The notes beneath the pieces are model-generated. The model did not search any database, was not told the DNA's origin, and was given only the letters and a program-made list of their open reading frames with translations. Source: Folioceros fuciformis (taxonomy: Eukaryota). From it: a stretch of 64,000 bases of DNA. This document shows, piece by piece, positions 1-12,200 of the stretch; positions within the stretch are counted from its first letter, which is position 1; every line of letters begins with the position of its first letter. Position numbers and translations under genes: made by a program. The stretch is from NCBI GenBank assembly GCA_049999805.1, contig JBNGIO010006303.1:304466-368465 (forward strand). The letters are read 5' to 3'.

Positions 1-699
1 CGTTGCTACAATGCTCCAACCCCAGCCACCCATGTATCCCGCCGGATACACACAGCATGAAGTGACCGCCGGTACTCGTTCCTGACCACGGCTTCCGACC
101 GCAGGGAACACGCCCACGGCGGTTAGGTCTGCCCAGCCAACAGTCCAGGCAGGCTCCGGTAACGAGACCACACCAGCCCTCGCTTTCGGGTTCCCATTGC
201 CCATGATATATGTACTACGCGCGAGATCCTAGAAGGACCTCGTAAATCTAATAAAAGTTGTTAGCCAACGTTCCGTAGCTCTTCAAGTCAAACGCGTGTG
301 GTTTACCTAGCTACCCGGACCCAGCTTTCTACATCTAGGTCTATGTTCCTCATGTATCCGAGTATTCTTCGGTGGCCTTGTTGGTTTATATTGTTGCAAT
401 ATATCACTAATGCATAGTGATTGAGGCATTGTCACGTAGGGCTTAAATTATTTTAAATATAAAATAAATTATTTATTTATTTTATAAAAAAATAAAATGA
501 AAAATCCATTTACCCCTAAAGAGGAGATAAATCATGATTGAAACTCTAGAGCTAACCCCACGAAGCCTAGTGACTACTAATAGCACCTAAAAGTTTTGAA
601 AGCAGAAAGGGTTACATACCACTAGAGTAGCTAACGTCATCTCACATACCAATGTCATCGTCGTGTGTATATGGCATTAACCAACACTCACTATAGAGT

Positions 700-1660
700 A
701 ATGGAAACCCTTAACCGAAAGAACACCACAATACAGCAAGAGAAAGATCAAGCCCATTTTTCCTAATATGAACTACCTTGGCACAAGACTTCAAAAACTT
801 GGAAAATGCCTTGTACATGGCCCTCTGGGTCTCAATGGCAATATTTTTGGATGATAATTCCTTATAACTTATTGAGGGTGTTGAGAAAATTAGGATTGTG
901 TTGGGAATATTGAGTTTATGGAATATCATCTCATCTAATATCTTGAGTCTCATCTTGAGACTCACCACGTGTAACATGTGCAATATGTGGCCAATCTTGT
1001 CACTTGGGATTGTCTAATCCACATACTTCTGTAATCCTTAGTCTTTGGGGCAGTGGGTTGTCTTGAACAACATTCAAAGTTTGTTGAGCATTGGGGCATT
1101 CATTCGCATAATGTCCCGACTCTCCACAAGAAAAACAAACTCCTTTTCGAGAACCCATTGTCACTATTCTTTGAGCTCCGCGGCCCCTCCGCACTCTTTG
1201 ATTTCTTCCACGGAATTCCCACTAGAGTTGCCTCTTGCAACTGTACTTCCTTCATTATCCTTGGGAGTACCTTTGCCAGCACTGTTGGAAGAAATTCTAG
1301 TCTGCATATATCGTCCATGGATATTACCTTGAAATCTTCGTGAGGAGCTGGATGTGGTAGAATGAAAGGTATTTGGGATAGCATCTGCAGTTGTTATGGC
1401 CTCTGCCAAGGTCATTGGACTATACAATTCAATTCTGTTAGTAGCCCAGTCCTTCAAACCAACCATGAAGTGATGTAGTTTGCCAACCTCACTCATTGAA
1501 GTACAATGCATAATTGCTTTATTGAAGGCACTTACATATTCCCGTACAATACATGCCTTCTTTATACTCTATAGTATGTTTGTACATTCCAGGCCAAATA
1601 AAACAGCTTCTTCAACTTCTCATAAGTTGTGTTAATTCCCCGATGACCAGCAAAGTCTAC
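700..1660 (-). mobile_element. Degenerate Ty3/gypsy fragments (gag with zinc knuckle; short integrase zinc-binding fragment)
   Basis: Minus-strand translations give KLHHFMVGLKDWATNRIELYSPMTLAEAITTAD (retrotransposon gag), CFSCGESGHYANEC (CCHC knuckle) and, across frameshifts near 1570-1650, GH..INTTYEKLKKLFY.PGMYK (integrase H2C2-like). Frames are broken. Confidence 0.7.
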
Positions 1661-1984
1661 TCCTCCAAGATGGCTTAGAGCTGGAGGATGCAAATACGAT
1701 AGGTTTCTCTTGATCCCCGCCTCAACAACTTAAAGAGAATCAAGGCAAGGAGATACCACCTATAGACTCAGCAGGACCATCCACAGAAAAATTTGAAGAT
1801 TGGAAGACGTAGATGATGGTCGCCTTATGACAAATTCTTCCCGAAGTATTGCCTGAAGTTCTCCAAGATTTGACAACATCTGGGAAAAGGCAAGGAAGGA
1901 TCCACAGCCTATGGCTCTAGGAAGTGAGGAAGTAGAAGACAATCAAGATCCTTTTCATATCTTTGCAGCAATTCCGAGAGCAAA

Positions 1985-2255
1985 TATGAAGTTGGCCATG
2001 CCAAGTAAGTATGAGGGAGTAAGGGATCTACAAGCTATTGATTCTAGGATTTACTCTATTGAAATGTCTTGCTTCATTTGGCCTTGAGCCTAAGCATTAC
2101 TCAAAAACTGTGGGCAACTTTTTGAAAGGGTATGCTTTGGTGTGGTGACGAAGTTATTATGTTAATGTAGCTCAGGGTAATCGAGCACATACCATCACAG
2201 ATTGGGCATCTTTTAAAGAGGCCTTGAAGAAGCAGCTCCAACCTGTAAATGCTTC
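1985..2255 (+). mobile_element. Degenerate Ty3/gypsy gag N-terminal fragment
   Basis: Reads KLAMPSKYEGVRDLQAIDS..YSIE and ITDWASFKEALKKQLQPVNA, typical of retrotransposon gag. Interrupted by stops and frameshifts. Confidence 0.55.
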
Positions 2256-2259
2256 GCGT

Positions 2260-2960
2260 TTGAGCTGACTGCGGCCCTTTTTACTAGTGGTAGGAAACCT
2301 TGGAAGCCTCAATTTAGCACTGATAAACCACCTCGTTTTTCTCCACCTAATCTTGTACATAAAGACAAAGTCTATCATTATTGTGCCAAAAGAGGGCATA
2401 TTGCCCCTAATTGTAGGAAGTGTAAAAGAGACAAGGCTCATGGTGTTGACCTACCTTCTTCGAGTCCCACAACTAAGTCGTCTGCTCATGCTACTAAGTC
2501 CGCTTTTCTCTTCATGGCTCATAATTTGCCTTAAGCCAAAGCCAATGATGAATGGCTTCTGGATTCTAAAGCCACTGAGCACATGACCTCACGCCGTGAG
2601 TGGTTTCTCACTCTTGAAGACTTACCCTCAGCTTTGCCCGTTCAAGTTGGTAGTGCTACCACTCTGCAAGCCACTAGTATGGGCGTGGTCCAAGTTCAAC
2701 TACCTACAAATCAAGTGGTTATGATCAAGGACGTTCTTCTTGTCTCTAGCTTGGTAATCAATATGCTTTCTGTATTCAGGTGCCTCTCACATGATCAAAG
2801 TAGGATTTCCTTCACTCAACAAGGTTGTACCATACATACCTTTTCACAAGAGGGTGACGTTGTGACCTTTACGTGTCCTCCCTCAAGCAGATTGTATCTT
2901 GTAGCTCGTGGCATACTTCCTAGCCCATTGGCTTCTCTTCTCAGTTTTAGTGCTACCTAC
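2260..2960 (+). mobile_element. Ty1/copia gag-knuckle/protease fragment
   Basis: HYCAKRGHIAPNCRK knuckle, then EWLLDSKATEHMTSRREWF (copia protease WxxDSGAxxHM motif) and DVLLVSSLVINMLSV in ORF 2583-3005. Confidence 0.75.
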
Positions 2961-2969
2961 TTGCTTGTG

Positions 2970-3143
2970 GAATTAGAATTGAAGCGAAGGAGGAGGTTGA
3001 AGTAGGGGGCAATCGAGAGAGTGTTGCCTTCTCCAAACGTGTGAGGACATTATAATGGCCCTAGATATGGAATAAGAAAGGAGAGAGTCCCGAGGCAGGC
3101 GGCTTCTCTTGTCTGAGTTTCCTAACATCAAATTGTATCTTAT
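2970..3143 (-). pseudogene. 3' part of a TE accessory ORF split by copia element A
   Basis: Minus strand reads IQFDVRKLRQEKPPASGLSPFLFHI*GHYNVLTRLEK. It joins in frame to GNVVAHQ at 14156 once element A and one TSD copy are removed. Confidence 0.6.
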
Positions 3144-3373
3144 TAAACGATTGGAAGCGCACATCGCGACATGTAGAACGAGTATTCTTGCCCCAGGGGC
3201 TGATGTGCTTGAGAAGACAACGTTTTGAATCAAGAAAAGAAAATACATATAGAAGGAAGTTGTAATCGTTTTGAAATTAGGAATTAATTTAAACTACTCA
3301 CTAATCCTCTAGAATAAACTTGCTGAATATTTCACATTTGGACTGAACTAGTGATATTGATAATATCTCAATA
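3144..3373 (-). repeat. 3' LTR of element A (230 bp)
   Basis: Direct repeat of 13925-14155, preceded on the minus strand by the polypurine tract TGAGAGGGGG. Confidence 0.93.
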
Positions 3374-4455
3374 CCCCCTCTCAGGCCAAATGGGGTAATA
3401 CGGTGATGAAAATCGATAAGTACTTCCACTAGTCTATTGCCTCCATCTGTGCCTTATCCAGATGAGGTGTGATTTGCCAATGATGCATCAAAGGAAGAAA
3501 CCCTCGTCCACAAACATAAGATGTGCTTCAATTGACATGCAAGGGGTCTGATGGTGCTTAGCGAGGTGCACGGCACAAACAGACCAGGAGTTGAAGCTGA
3601 GAGCTAGAAGGATGACCAGGTCTTCAGGTAAAGAGAACGCCCGTTACAAGCGCCACAAGTGTTGAAGATGCCCTCCCACTCCAAGAGGTATGTCTGTGAA
3701 GAAACTGCAGCACTGCTAATCTAATTGAATGTAAGACTGAAGCTTCATCCAGGTGCAGTTGCGCTCCGTCCAGTCCTAGGGATCTGTGGTCGCGACAGCA
3801 GGCAACGCCCCGTCATGTAAACCCAAGGATAGGCAGTGCTGATGATATGATGCCTTCGACAAGCCCTTGGTAAGCAAATCTGTGACGTTCAGGGCTGTTG
3901 GCACATAGGCAAGTCGCATTACCTTCTATTGCACTGCCTGCCATATGTAATGAAATTGAATTTCAATATGTTTAGATCGGGCATGGAACACCGGGTTCGC
4001 TGAAAGTGCAATGGCTGACTGATTATCACATTGCTAGAGGGTTGGCTGAACTTGCTCCATACCTATGTTGACTAAAAATTGTCTGATCCAAGTGATCTCG
4101 CGTGCAGCTAAGGAAAGGGCGTTGTACTTGGTTTAGGGTTTAGGGTTTGACGACAAACTAATGGTTGACAGCTTCTTACTCTGCCAGCTGATCGCACAGC
4201 CACATAAGAGGGTGCAATAGGTGGCGATTGACTTCCTGTTGTCAACATCACCAGCCCAATCAGCATTTGAATAACAGGTTAGATAAAAAACTGAGGTTCT
4301 GGTATATTTGAGGCATAAGTGGCGAGTGCCCTGTAAATAGCATAGTATTCGCTTAACGGCCATCCAATGCTTCTGGCCTGGGTTAGAAAGGAAACGTGAA
4401 ACTACTCCTGTTGCCTGTCAGATGTTCAGCCTTGTCCAGCCTGCCAAGTACAGGA

Positions 4456-4770
4456 TGTAGTGTTATTAAAGCCTAATGTGCTTAGACTTATGTGTTTAGT
4501 CTAAGATTAGTGTTTAGTTAAGTATCATTAGTTTAGATTAGCTTAAGTTAATCTGTAGGAAGCTTCTTGCGCAGCTTTCTGTGCGCTTCTTGTGAAGCTT
4601 CCTAAAAGTTCTTCTAGAGGGTATAAATACCCCCTTGAGCTCACTTGTATATTGAGACTGTATTAAAAGAGTGTGACCTCTCTTTCTCCTCTCCTCTTTG
4701 CCTTCTCCTCTCCTCTCCTCTTTGCCTCCTCTTCTCCTCTCCTTCACCATGCTCCTCTAGCGATCCTTCA
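4456..4770 (+). repeat. 5' LTR of element B
   Basis: Starts with TG at the break in element A sequence and ends with CA two bases before the PBS. Contains a TATA box and CT-rich tract. The left end could be 4461. Confidence 0.75.
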
Positions 4771-4883
4771 AGTGGTATCAGAGCTAGGGTGTGGAGCAAG
4801 ATGGTTGTGTCTATTGTAGGTTCTACGGACAGAGGCACAAGGCAAGAAGATGGACATCTAGGAGGAGCAAGGGTGCCGGTCGT

Positions 4884-5640
4884 TGGCTAGGGCGCAACCG
4901 TCGGCTAGGGCGTCGTCGCCGGCTAGGTCGTAGCCGCCGACTAGGGCGCAATCGCCACCTAGGGCGCAATCGCCACTTAGGGCGTAGCCGCCGGCTAGGG
5001 CGCAATCGCCACCTAGGGCGCCGGTTAGGGTGCAGCGCCAGCTAGGGCTAGGGCGCCAGCGGGGCACCACCTAGGCACCGGCGAGGCGCCACTTGGGCGC
5101 TAGTCGGGCGACACCTGGACGACAGCCGTTCACTAGCGGGGCACCAGCGACGCAAGGATCTAGCCGGGCACCAAGCGTGCTAGACAGGCGCCAGTTAGGG
5201 CGCAGCCGCCGACTAGGGCGCTGATTAGGGCACAGCCACCGACTAGGGCACCGGCTAGGGTGCGGCGCCGACTTGGGCTAGGGCGCAAGCAGGGCGCCAC
5301 CTAGGCGCCGGCGACGCGCTACTTGGGCGCCAGTCGGGCGACACTTGGATGACAGCCATTCGCCAGCGGAGCATCAGCGAGGCAAGGATCTGGCCGGGCA
5401 CCGAGCGTGCTAAACGGGTGCTGGTTAGGGCGCAGCCGCCGGTTAGGGTGCAACCGTCGGCTAGGGCGCCGGCTAGGGCACCGGTTAGGGTGCGGCGCCG
5501 GCTAGGGCTAGGGCGCTGGCGAGGCGCCTAGGGTGTGGCGCCACTTGGGCGCCAGCCGGGCGACACCTGGACGACAGTCGTTCGCCAGCGGGGCGCCAGC
5601 GAGGCAAGGATCTGGCCGGGCACCGAGCGCGCTAGACGAC
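4884..5640 (+). repeat. GC-rich hierarchical tandem repeat in the 5' UTR of element B
   Basis: Many 18-bp units (CTAGGGCGCARCCGCCGR-like) plus three copies of a ~100-bp block (CACTTGGGCGCCAGTCGGGCGACACCTGGACGACAG...GCAAGGATCT) near 5086, 5316 and 5538. Confidence 0.9.
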
Positions 5641-5894
5641 CGCCGGAAAGCGGACGAATCGCGGTCGTTGAGAGCGTAGACGCCGAGAGCAAGGGTGTGG
5701 GCGCCGAACTGACCTTGACCGCGGAAGTCAGGATCTTGATCGGACGATGGGAGACATTCCAGTTTTGAGCGATCGAAGCTTAAGTTGTGGACATCCGATT
5801 TGGAACAAGTTGTGAGGGTAACTTTGAGAATCTACAGTACATTCCGACTGTTTTCTAATTAGCCTTTTAGTTGATTTGCATCGATTTTTGAATC

Positions 5895-8800
5895 ATGACG
5901 TCCTCAGAAAACGTTATGTTCAATATCGAAAAGTTAGATGGTACTAACTTCCCGTTCTGGAAAGAAGAAGTGTATGATGTTCTAGTACAGAAGAAGCAAA
6001 TCAAGCCCATCAAGCTGCTAGGAGTGAAACCCGTTAGCATGACTCAGGATGAGTGGCAGGATCTAGATGAGCTTGCTAAGTCTACCATCATGCTAATATT
6101 GTCGAAGTCGGTCTACTTCAACGTGAAAGACAAGACCACAAGTTTCGAGCTGTGGCAGAAGTTGTGTGACCTGTACGAGAAGCAAAGTGCGGCTTCTCAG
6201 GTGTATTGGTTGAAACAGCTGGTGGACTTGGTCCGATCATGTGAACGAGTTCAATACCATTTTCAACCAACTCTCATCTAAAGGTATCTCGTTCCCAGAT
6301 TCCGTGAGAGCTATGTTTCTGTTGGTCACATTACCAGCGAGCTGGGACACCTTTCGTACAGCTCTGAGTAATTCTGCTCCTGCCAGTGGTCTTATCGTTG
6401 TAAATGTAGAAGGTAGCCTGTTAACAGAGGAGGTAAACAGGAAGAATATGGAACCTTCGAAAGGTTCCAATGCCCTCATAGTGAGAGGAAGGTCCACTTC
6501 AAAGGGGAAGTACAAGGAGCGAAGTTCTTCCCGTAGCAAATCTCGTAGTTGTAACGATGTTGAGTGTTACCATTGTCACAAGAAGGGTCACATCAGGAAG
6601 GACTGCGAGCAGTTCAAGAAAGACAAAGGAAACGAGAAGAAGCAAAGCGACAACAAGGCAAGTCCGAGTAATAAGCATAATAAGGTGAAGTCTGTTGACG
6701 ATGGAGATGTTCTTATCTCTTCTTCCTTCGATTCTGCACAACTGACAGCCATGGAGAGTCACTTATTCTCTAATTGGATAATTGACTCTGGAGCATCTTT
6801 CCATGTTACTCCGCATAGGGAGTGGTTTAGCACTTATGATGCTACTAGGAAAGGATGTGTTCGGCTTGGAAATAACTACGCATACGAGATTGCAGGCGTT
6901 GGTGATGTACAGCTGAAGTTCGACAATGGATCTTCATTCGTACTGAGGGATGTTAGGCATGTTCCGAAGTTGACCAAAAGCATGATTAGCGCAGGGTAGT
7001 TGGATGACGCTGGCTACTATTGTTGGTTTGGAGATAATTCTTGGAAGGTCCCCAAAGGTTCTCTTGTGGTAGCTCGTGGATCGAAGTGTGGCACTTTGTA
7101 CTCACTTCAGGTAACCACTATCAAGGATCATGTGATTTGTGTAACGGAACAGCCCAATGTTTCCTTGTGGCATAGTCGGTTAGGACATATGTCTAAATAA
7201 GGAATGAAGATACTATCTCGTTTTGGTTACGTCCCTGCTTTTGACTTCTCCGATTTCTCCATATGTGAGCATTGTTTGTATGGGAAACAGACGAAGTCAC
7301 CACATGAAGCAAGAGGTAAACACAAAAGTAAACCTCTTGAATTGGTTCACAGTGATGTTTGTGGACCTATGCCCACTGTATCGTTAGGCGGTGCATCCTA
7401 TTTTCTCACTTTCATTGATGACTTCTCACGCAAGGTGTGGGTTTATCCTTTGAGGAAAAAGGATGATGTTTTGATAGTGTTTCAGAAGTTCGTCACCCTT
7501 GAGGAGAATCAGTCTGGCCTGCAACTGAAGTGTCTAAGGACAGACAATGGGGGAGAGTATGTTTCGAAGGCTTTCCAGTCATTCTGTGATTCCAAGGGAA
7601 TCAAGAGAGAATTGACTGCGCTGTATACTCCTCCACAGAATGGTGTGGCTGAACGGATGAACAGGACCATCCAAGAGAGGATGCGTAGTTTGTTGTCAAA
7701 CTCTGGATTGCCTAATGGATTTTGGGCAGAAGTAGTGGTTACTGCTGCGCATCTTATTAACAGATCTCCTAATAGGGTTGTGGATTAGCAGGTTCTAGAG
7801 GAGATGTGGTCTAGGAAGAAGCCGTCTTACAAGCATCTACGAGTGTTTGGCTGCGAGGCATACTACCATGTTCCGAAGGAGTTTCGGGACAAGTTGGCAC
7901 CCAAGTCCAAGAAATGTATTTTTCTTGGCTATGGTGAATCTGGTGAGATGGGATACCATCTGTGGGATCCAGACGCCAAGAGGATGGTTCGTAGCAATGA
8001 TGTGTTCTTTAATGAGACCAAGATGCACAAGAAGCCTACTCCAGCTATCGAGGTGCGACGGGTGGTCTTGCAAGAAGATGGATTTGACCGTCCCGCGTAG
8101 GTTGAACGTCGTGATGTGCAGGAACAAGTTCCTCCACTTGTACAAGAGGAGAGAGTGCAACTAGCTCCGGTCGAGGCGCTAGTGCTTCGTAGGTCAAGAA
8201 GGATTTCACATCCTCCTGACAGGTATGTTGCATCTCTTGATTATGTCATGCTGACGGATTGTGGGGAGCCCTCTTGTTATCAAGAGACCATGTTAATGAC
8301 TGACAAGAACAAGTGGGAAAAGGCGATGCAGTCGCAGATGGATTCGCTCCATAAGAACCAAACTTGGGAGTTGGTTCGGTTGCCTAGGGGCAAGAAGGCG
8401 TTGCCATGCAAATGGGTGTATAAGATGAAGGACATACCCCATTATGGCAAACCCAAGTACAAGGCACGATTGGTTGCTAAGGGTTTTAAGCAACAACAAG
8501 GTATTGACTTTGATGAGATTTTCTCGCCGGTTGTCAAAATGACCACCTTGCGATGTGTTCTTGGTTTGGTTGCGAGGCACAACATGGAACTTGTCTAGAT
8601 GGATGTGAAGTCGGCATTTTTGCATGGTGATCTCCAGGAAGAGGTATACATGCAGCAACCAGAGGGTTTCATTGAGAAGGGCAAAGAAAATCTGGTGTGT
8701 AGGTTAAACAAAAGCCTTTATGGTTTGAAGCAGGCACCTAGGGAGTGGTATTTCAAGTTCCACTCATTTATGCTTTCTCAAGGCTACAAACGTAGCGATG

Positions 8801-9295
8801 AGGATCATTGCCTCTATATGAAGCAAGCTAAGGATGGAAGCTTGCTCATTCTGGTCCTCTATGTGGATGATATGCTAATTGCTGGGACTAACAATGATGA
8901 GATTTCAGCGTTGAAGTCAAAGTTGAATGGTCGCTTTGAAATGACAGGCTTGGGAGAGGCAAGCCATATTCTTGGCATGCGTATTCGTCGAGACAGACAG
9001 AAGCATTTGCTTTACTTGTCTCAGACTGAATACATTAACAAGGTGCTTTAACGTTTTAATATGGAGAAGGGGAAGGTATTGAGTACTCCGATGCCTCCAT
9101 ATGTGAAACTTTGAAGTAAGGATTGCCCAAGTTCTGCAGAGGATAAAGCTGAAATGGAGAAGGTTCCATACTCATCAGCTGTGGGGAGTTTGATGTATGT
9201 AATGATTGCCACGCGTCCTGACATTGCGTTTACAGTGGGAGTGGTTAGCAGGTTTATGTCAAACCCTGATAGGAAGCATTGGGAGGCAGTGAAAG
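5895..9295 (+). pseudogene. Disrupted gag-pol of element B
   Basis: ORF pieces 5895-6281, 6241-6999, 7000-7200, 7204-7788, 7804-8100, 8116-8598, 8599-9051 and 9154- are separated by in-frame stops and one frameshift/deletion near 6231. Confidence 0.9.
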
Positions 9296-12200
9296 GAAAC
9301 GTGAAACTACTCATGTTGCCTGTGAGATGTCCGGCCTTGTCCAGCATGCCAGGTACAGGAGGCTACCAACAACCTCTCGGTAAGGTACAGTGGCCATCTC
9401 AGCCTTGTCGGATTCACTTACTAGACAATCTGCCAAGGTTAGCTTCTCACCTGCTGCCACTGGAGTTGACATAGGCTTCAAATCCTGCAGATTATAAGTG
9501 GTTAGGAGTTGGCGGACAAAGTGTTCTTGGTGTAATGTAACAGAGCCAGTTGTGGGGTCAAAGAAGAATTGTATTCCAAGTGCAAACTGCAAGGGGCCCA
9601 CATCCGTCATGTCCCATTCTGAAGAGAGTTGTTCCTTGATATAGGTAAGGATATTTATGTTGCTAGCAAATAAGAAGTTGTCGTCTACATACAGTGCGAT
9701 GATGCACAATTGGTTGTCTTTACGCAGGACATAAACACTGCAATCTACTGTGAGAGGTTCGAAACCAAGCTTTCACAGCTTTGTATCAGCTCTACCATTC
9801 CAAATCCGAGCTGACTGCTTAAGCCTGTAAGTCGACTTAAGCAGATCACAAACCAGGTCAGGGTCCTCCACATACCCCTCTGGTTGCTGCATGTAGATAG
9901 TGTCCTCTAAAGGTCCATTTAGGAAAGTCGTTTTGACGTCCATTTGATGCACTAGGAAACCATGCTGAACAGCGTAACATAATAAAATTCGCATGGAAGT
10001 AGGTTTTACAACAGGGCTAAATGTCTCATGATAGTCGAGACCTTGTACCTGCATATAGCCTTGAGCCACAAGGCGGGCCTTGTAGCATGAAACTAATCCA
10101 TCTGGATTAAGCTTCAGCTTAAAAACCCATTTACTGGTGATCACTTTCCGACCTATTGGCAACTTAACAAGCTTCCAGATGATTGTCAATTAAAAACTTG
10201 TACTCACTGTCAATCGCTTCCTGCCAAGCCTGTTTTTGAGGAGAATTAAGTGCCTCCTTATACGTGAGTGGTGTGTTAGGAGGATCCATGATTGTAATGG
10301 CTACATGGTAAGCCATATGGGCTAAGCTGATATGAACAATATCGGATGCTATGGACTGTGATTCGGAACGAGAGATAAACGAGTCACCTGGTTCATATGG
10401 AGGGGCAAGCTAGGCAAATTGGGGTCTATGTGAACGCAAAGACCTACGAAGAGGTAAGTTTTCACCTGGTGCTGAAACTGGTACTAAAGGCTGAACTGAC
10501 TGTTCAGAGAGGTAAGTCCCATTTGGGGCAGAGTCTTGATGAGGCAAACTTGACCGATCAGGCAGCTCCAGTACCTCAGGCAGGATTTGCTGCTGAGGTA
10601 ATGATTCAGCTAAGTCTGAAAATTCATAGGTAGAAAATGAGTCATCTTGATCAAATGTATCTGGGTCATCTTCATATGCTGAGACTTCAGGTTTGTCTTG
10701 TACAGTCTGGTCAGAGAAAAACTCGGAGGGCATATGCCCATATACTGAAGTTGAAGGAATTGGAGCATGAGAAGTGCTGGTGAGATAATGTGACTTCAGA
10801 ATGTAAGTCTCGTTAAAACTGACACTACAGGCAATAGACAGTTCCCTAGTGAGAGGGTCGAATAACTTGTAGCATTTGATAGTGTCTGAAAATCCAACAA
10901 ATACATGCTTAGATGCCCTGTTGTCCATTATATACCATCAGTTTGCTGGGACATAGGCATATGCCATAGCCCCAAATGTTCGAAGATGGCTAATCCGTGG
11001 CTTATTACTAGTCCAGTGCTCATAAGGAGTTGTATCATAAAGGGGCTTGAGAGGTAGGCGATTGGCAACGTAATTGATAGAGTCGACTGCTTCAGCCCAG
11101 TAGCCCTTGGTAAGACCAGCTAAAGTTAAAGTAGCCCGAGTTCGTTCCTGCAGAGTATGATTGTACCTTTCTGCATAGGGATTTTGTGTAGGATGATACG
11201 GCACGGTTAAATGATGAATAATGCCTTTTTGCTTGCAGAACTCTGTAAATCCTGCACTGAGGTATTCCTTAGCATTGTCTGTAAGTAGTCTCTTGACAGT
11301 TTTGCATGTTTATGTCTCAGCCATGGCAACGAATTCTTGAAACTTGGCGAATACTTGATGCCAACCTTGGAGGAAAAACAATGTACAGAAGTGGCTCCAC
11401 TCATCAAGGAAAGAGAAGAAGTATATTGCTCCTCCAAAGGACTGTGTTGACATAGGTCCACAAACATCGGAATGAATTACCTCAAGCAAAGAAGTAGCCC
11501 TTGTTGGAGAAGGGTCGTTATAAGGTTTTTGGGTAAGTTTCCCTATTTGGCAGCTTTCACAGAAGAGGGTAGGGTCGGTTTTAAACGTAAAACCATCCTT
11601 ATACAAGTGTGCATTTTGTGCTACCCGATCAACATAAGCAAGACTTGGATGACATAATCTACAGTGCAATAGGAAGGTAGTGCTTACTTCTAGATTAGCA
11701 TCTGCAACGTGAACTTGATGTGTGTTAGGCTGACAGTTGCCTTGTGTTGCGATTAGGTGATAAAGGTTATGATATGGTGAGCCATTGGCTAAAACTAGAG
11801 AAGGTTGTGAAGCTGGGGAAACTACACAATTTGTGGGAGTGAAAACGACTTGCAGGCTATGGTCACAGGTGAGCTTATGGACTGACAACAAGTTCTTAGT
11901 CATTTGAGAAACATGTAGAACTCCCTTCAACAGTATGTTGTATCCATGGTTGAGTTCTAGTTTAACATTACCAGTCCCTTGAATAGAGAGTCCACTGTCG
12001 TCTCCTAACAAGACAAATTGATTTGTTGTATTAAGGGAGTATGTACAAAACATGTCCCACGAGTGGCAGATGTGGTTGGTTGCTCTAGAGTCCAAAAACC
12101 ACATGTTTTCGTCTGCCTTGGTAAGTGACAGACACACTGCTAGTATAGCTGGTGTCTTATTGTTGGTACTTGCTGTTGTAGATCGTACAACCACATTAGT

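Larger units (their letters stand above)
4456..9295 (+). mobile_element. 3'-truncated Ty1/copia retrotransposon (element B, Tnt1-like) nested in element A
   Basis: TG...CA 5' LTR at ~4456-4770 with TATAAATA at 4622 and PBS TGGTATCAGAGC at 4773-4784. Gag-pol from ATG 5895: CYHCHKKGHIRKDC, WIIDSGASFH, LWHSRLGHMS, HSDVCGP, RTDNGGEY, KARLVAKG, LYVDDML. It ends at SRFMSNPDRKHWEAVK, with no RNase H or 3' LTR. Confidence 0.93.

Noticed and set aside
1..333. Possible LTR 3' end (TATA-like, AATAAA, ending in CA)
   Set aside because: No partner LTR, PBS or TSD within the window to confirm it.
4791..5768. Arg-rich short ORFs
   Set aside because: Translations of the GC-rich tandem repeats in the leader of element B.
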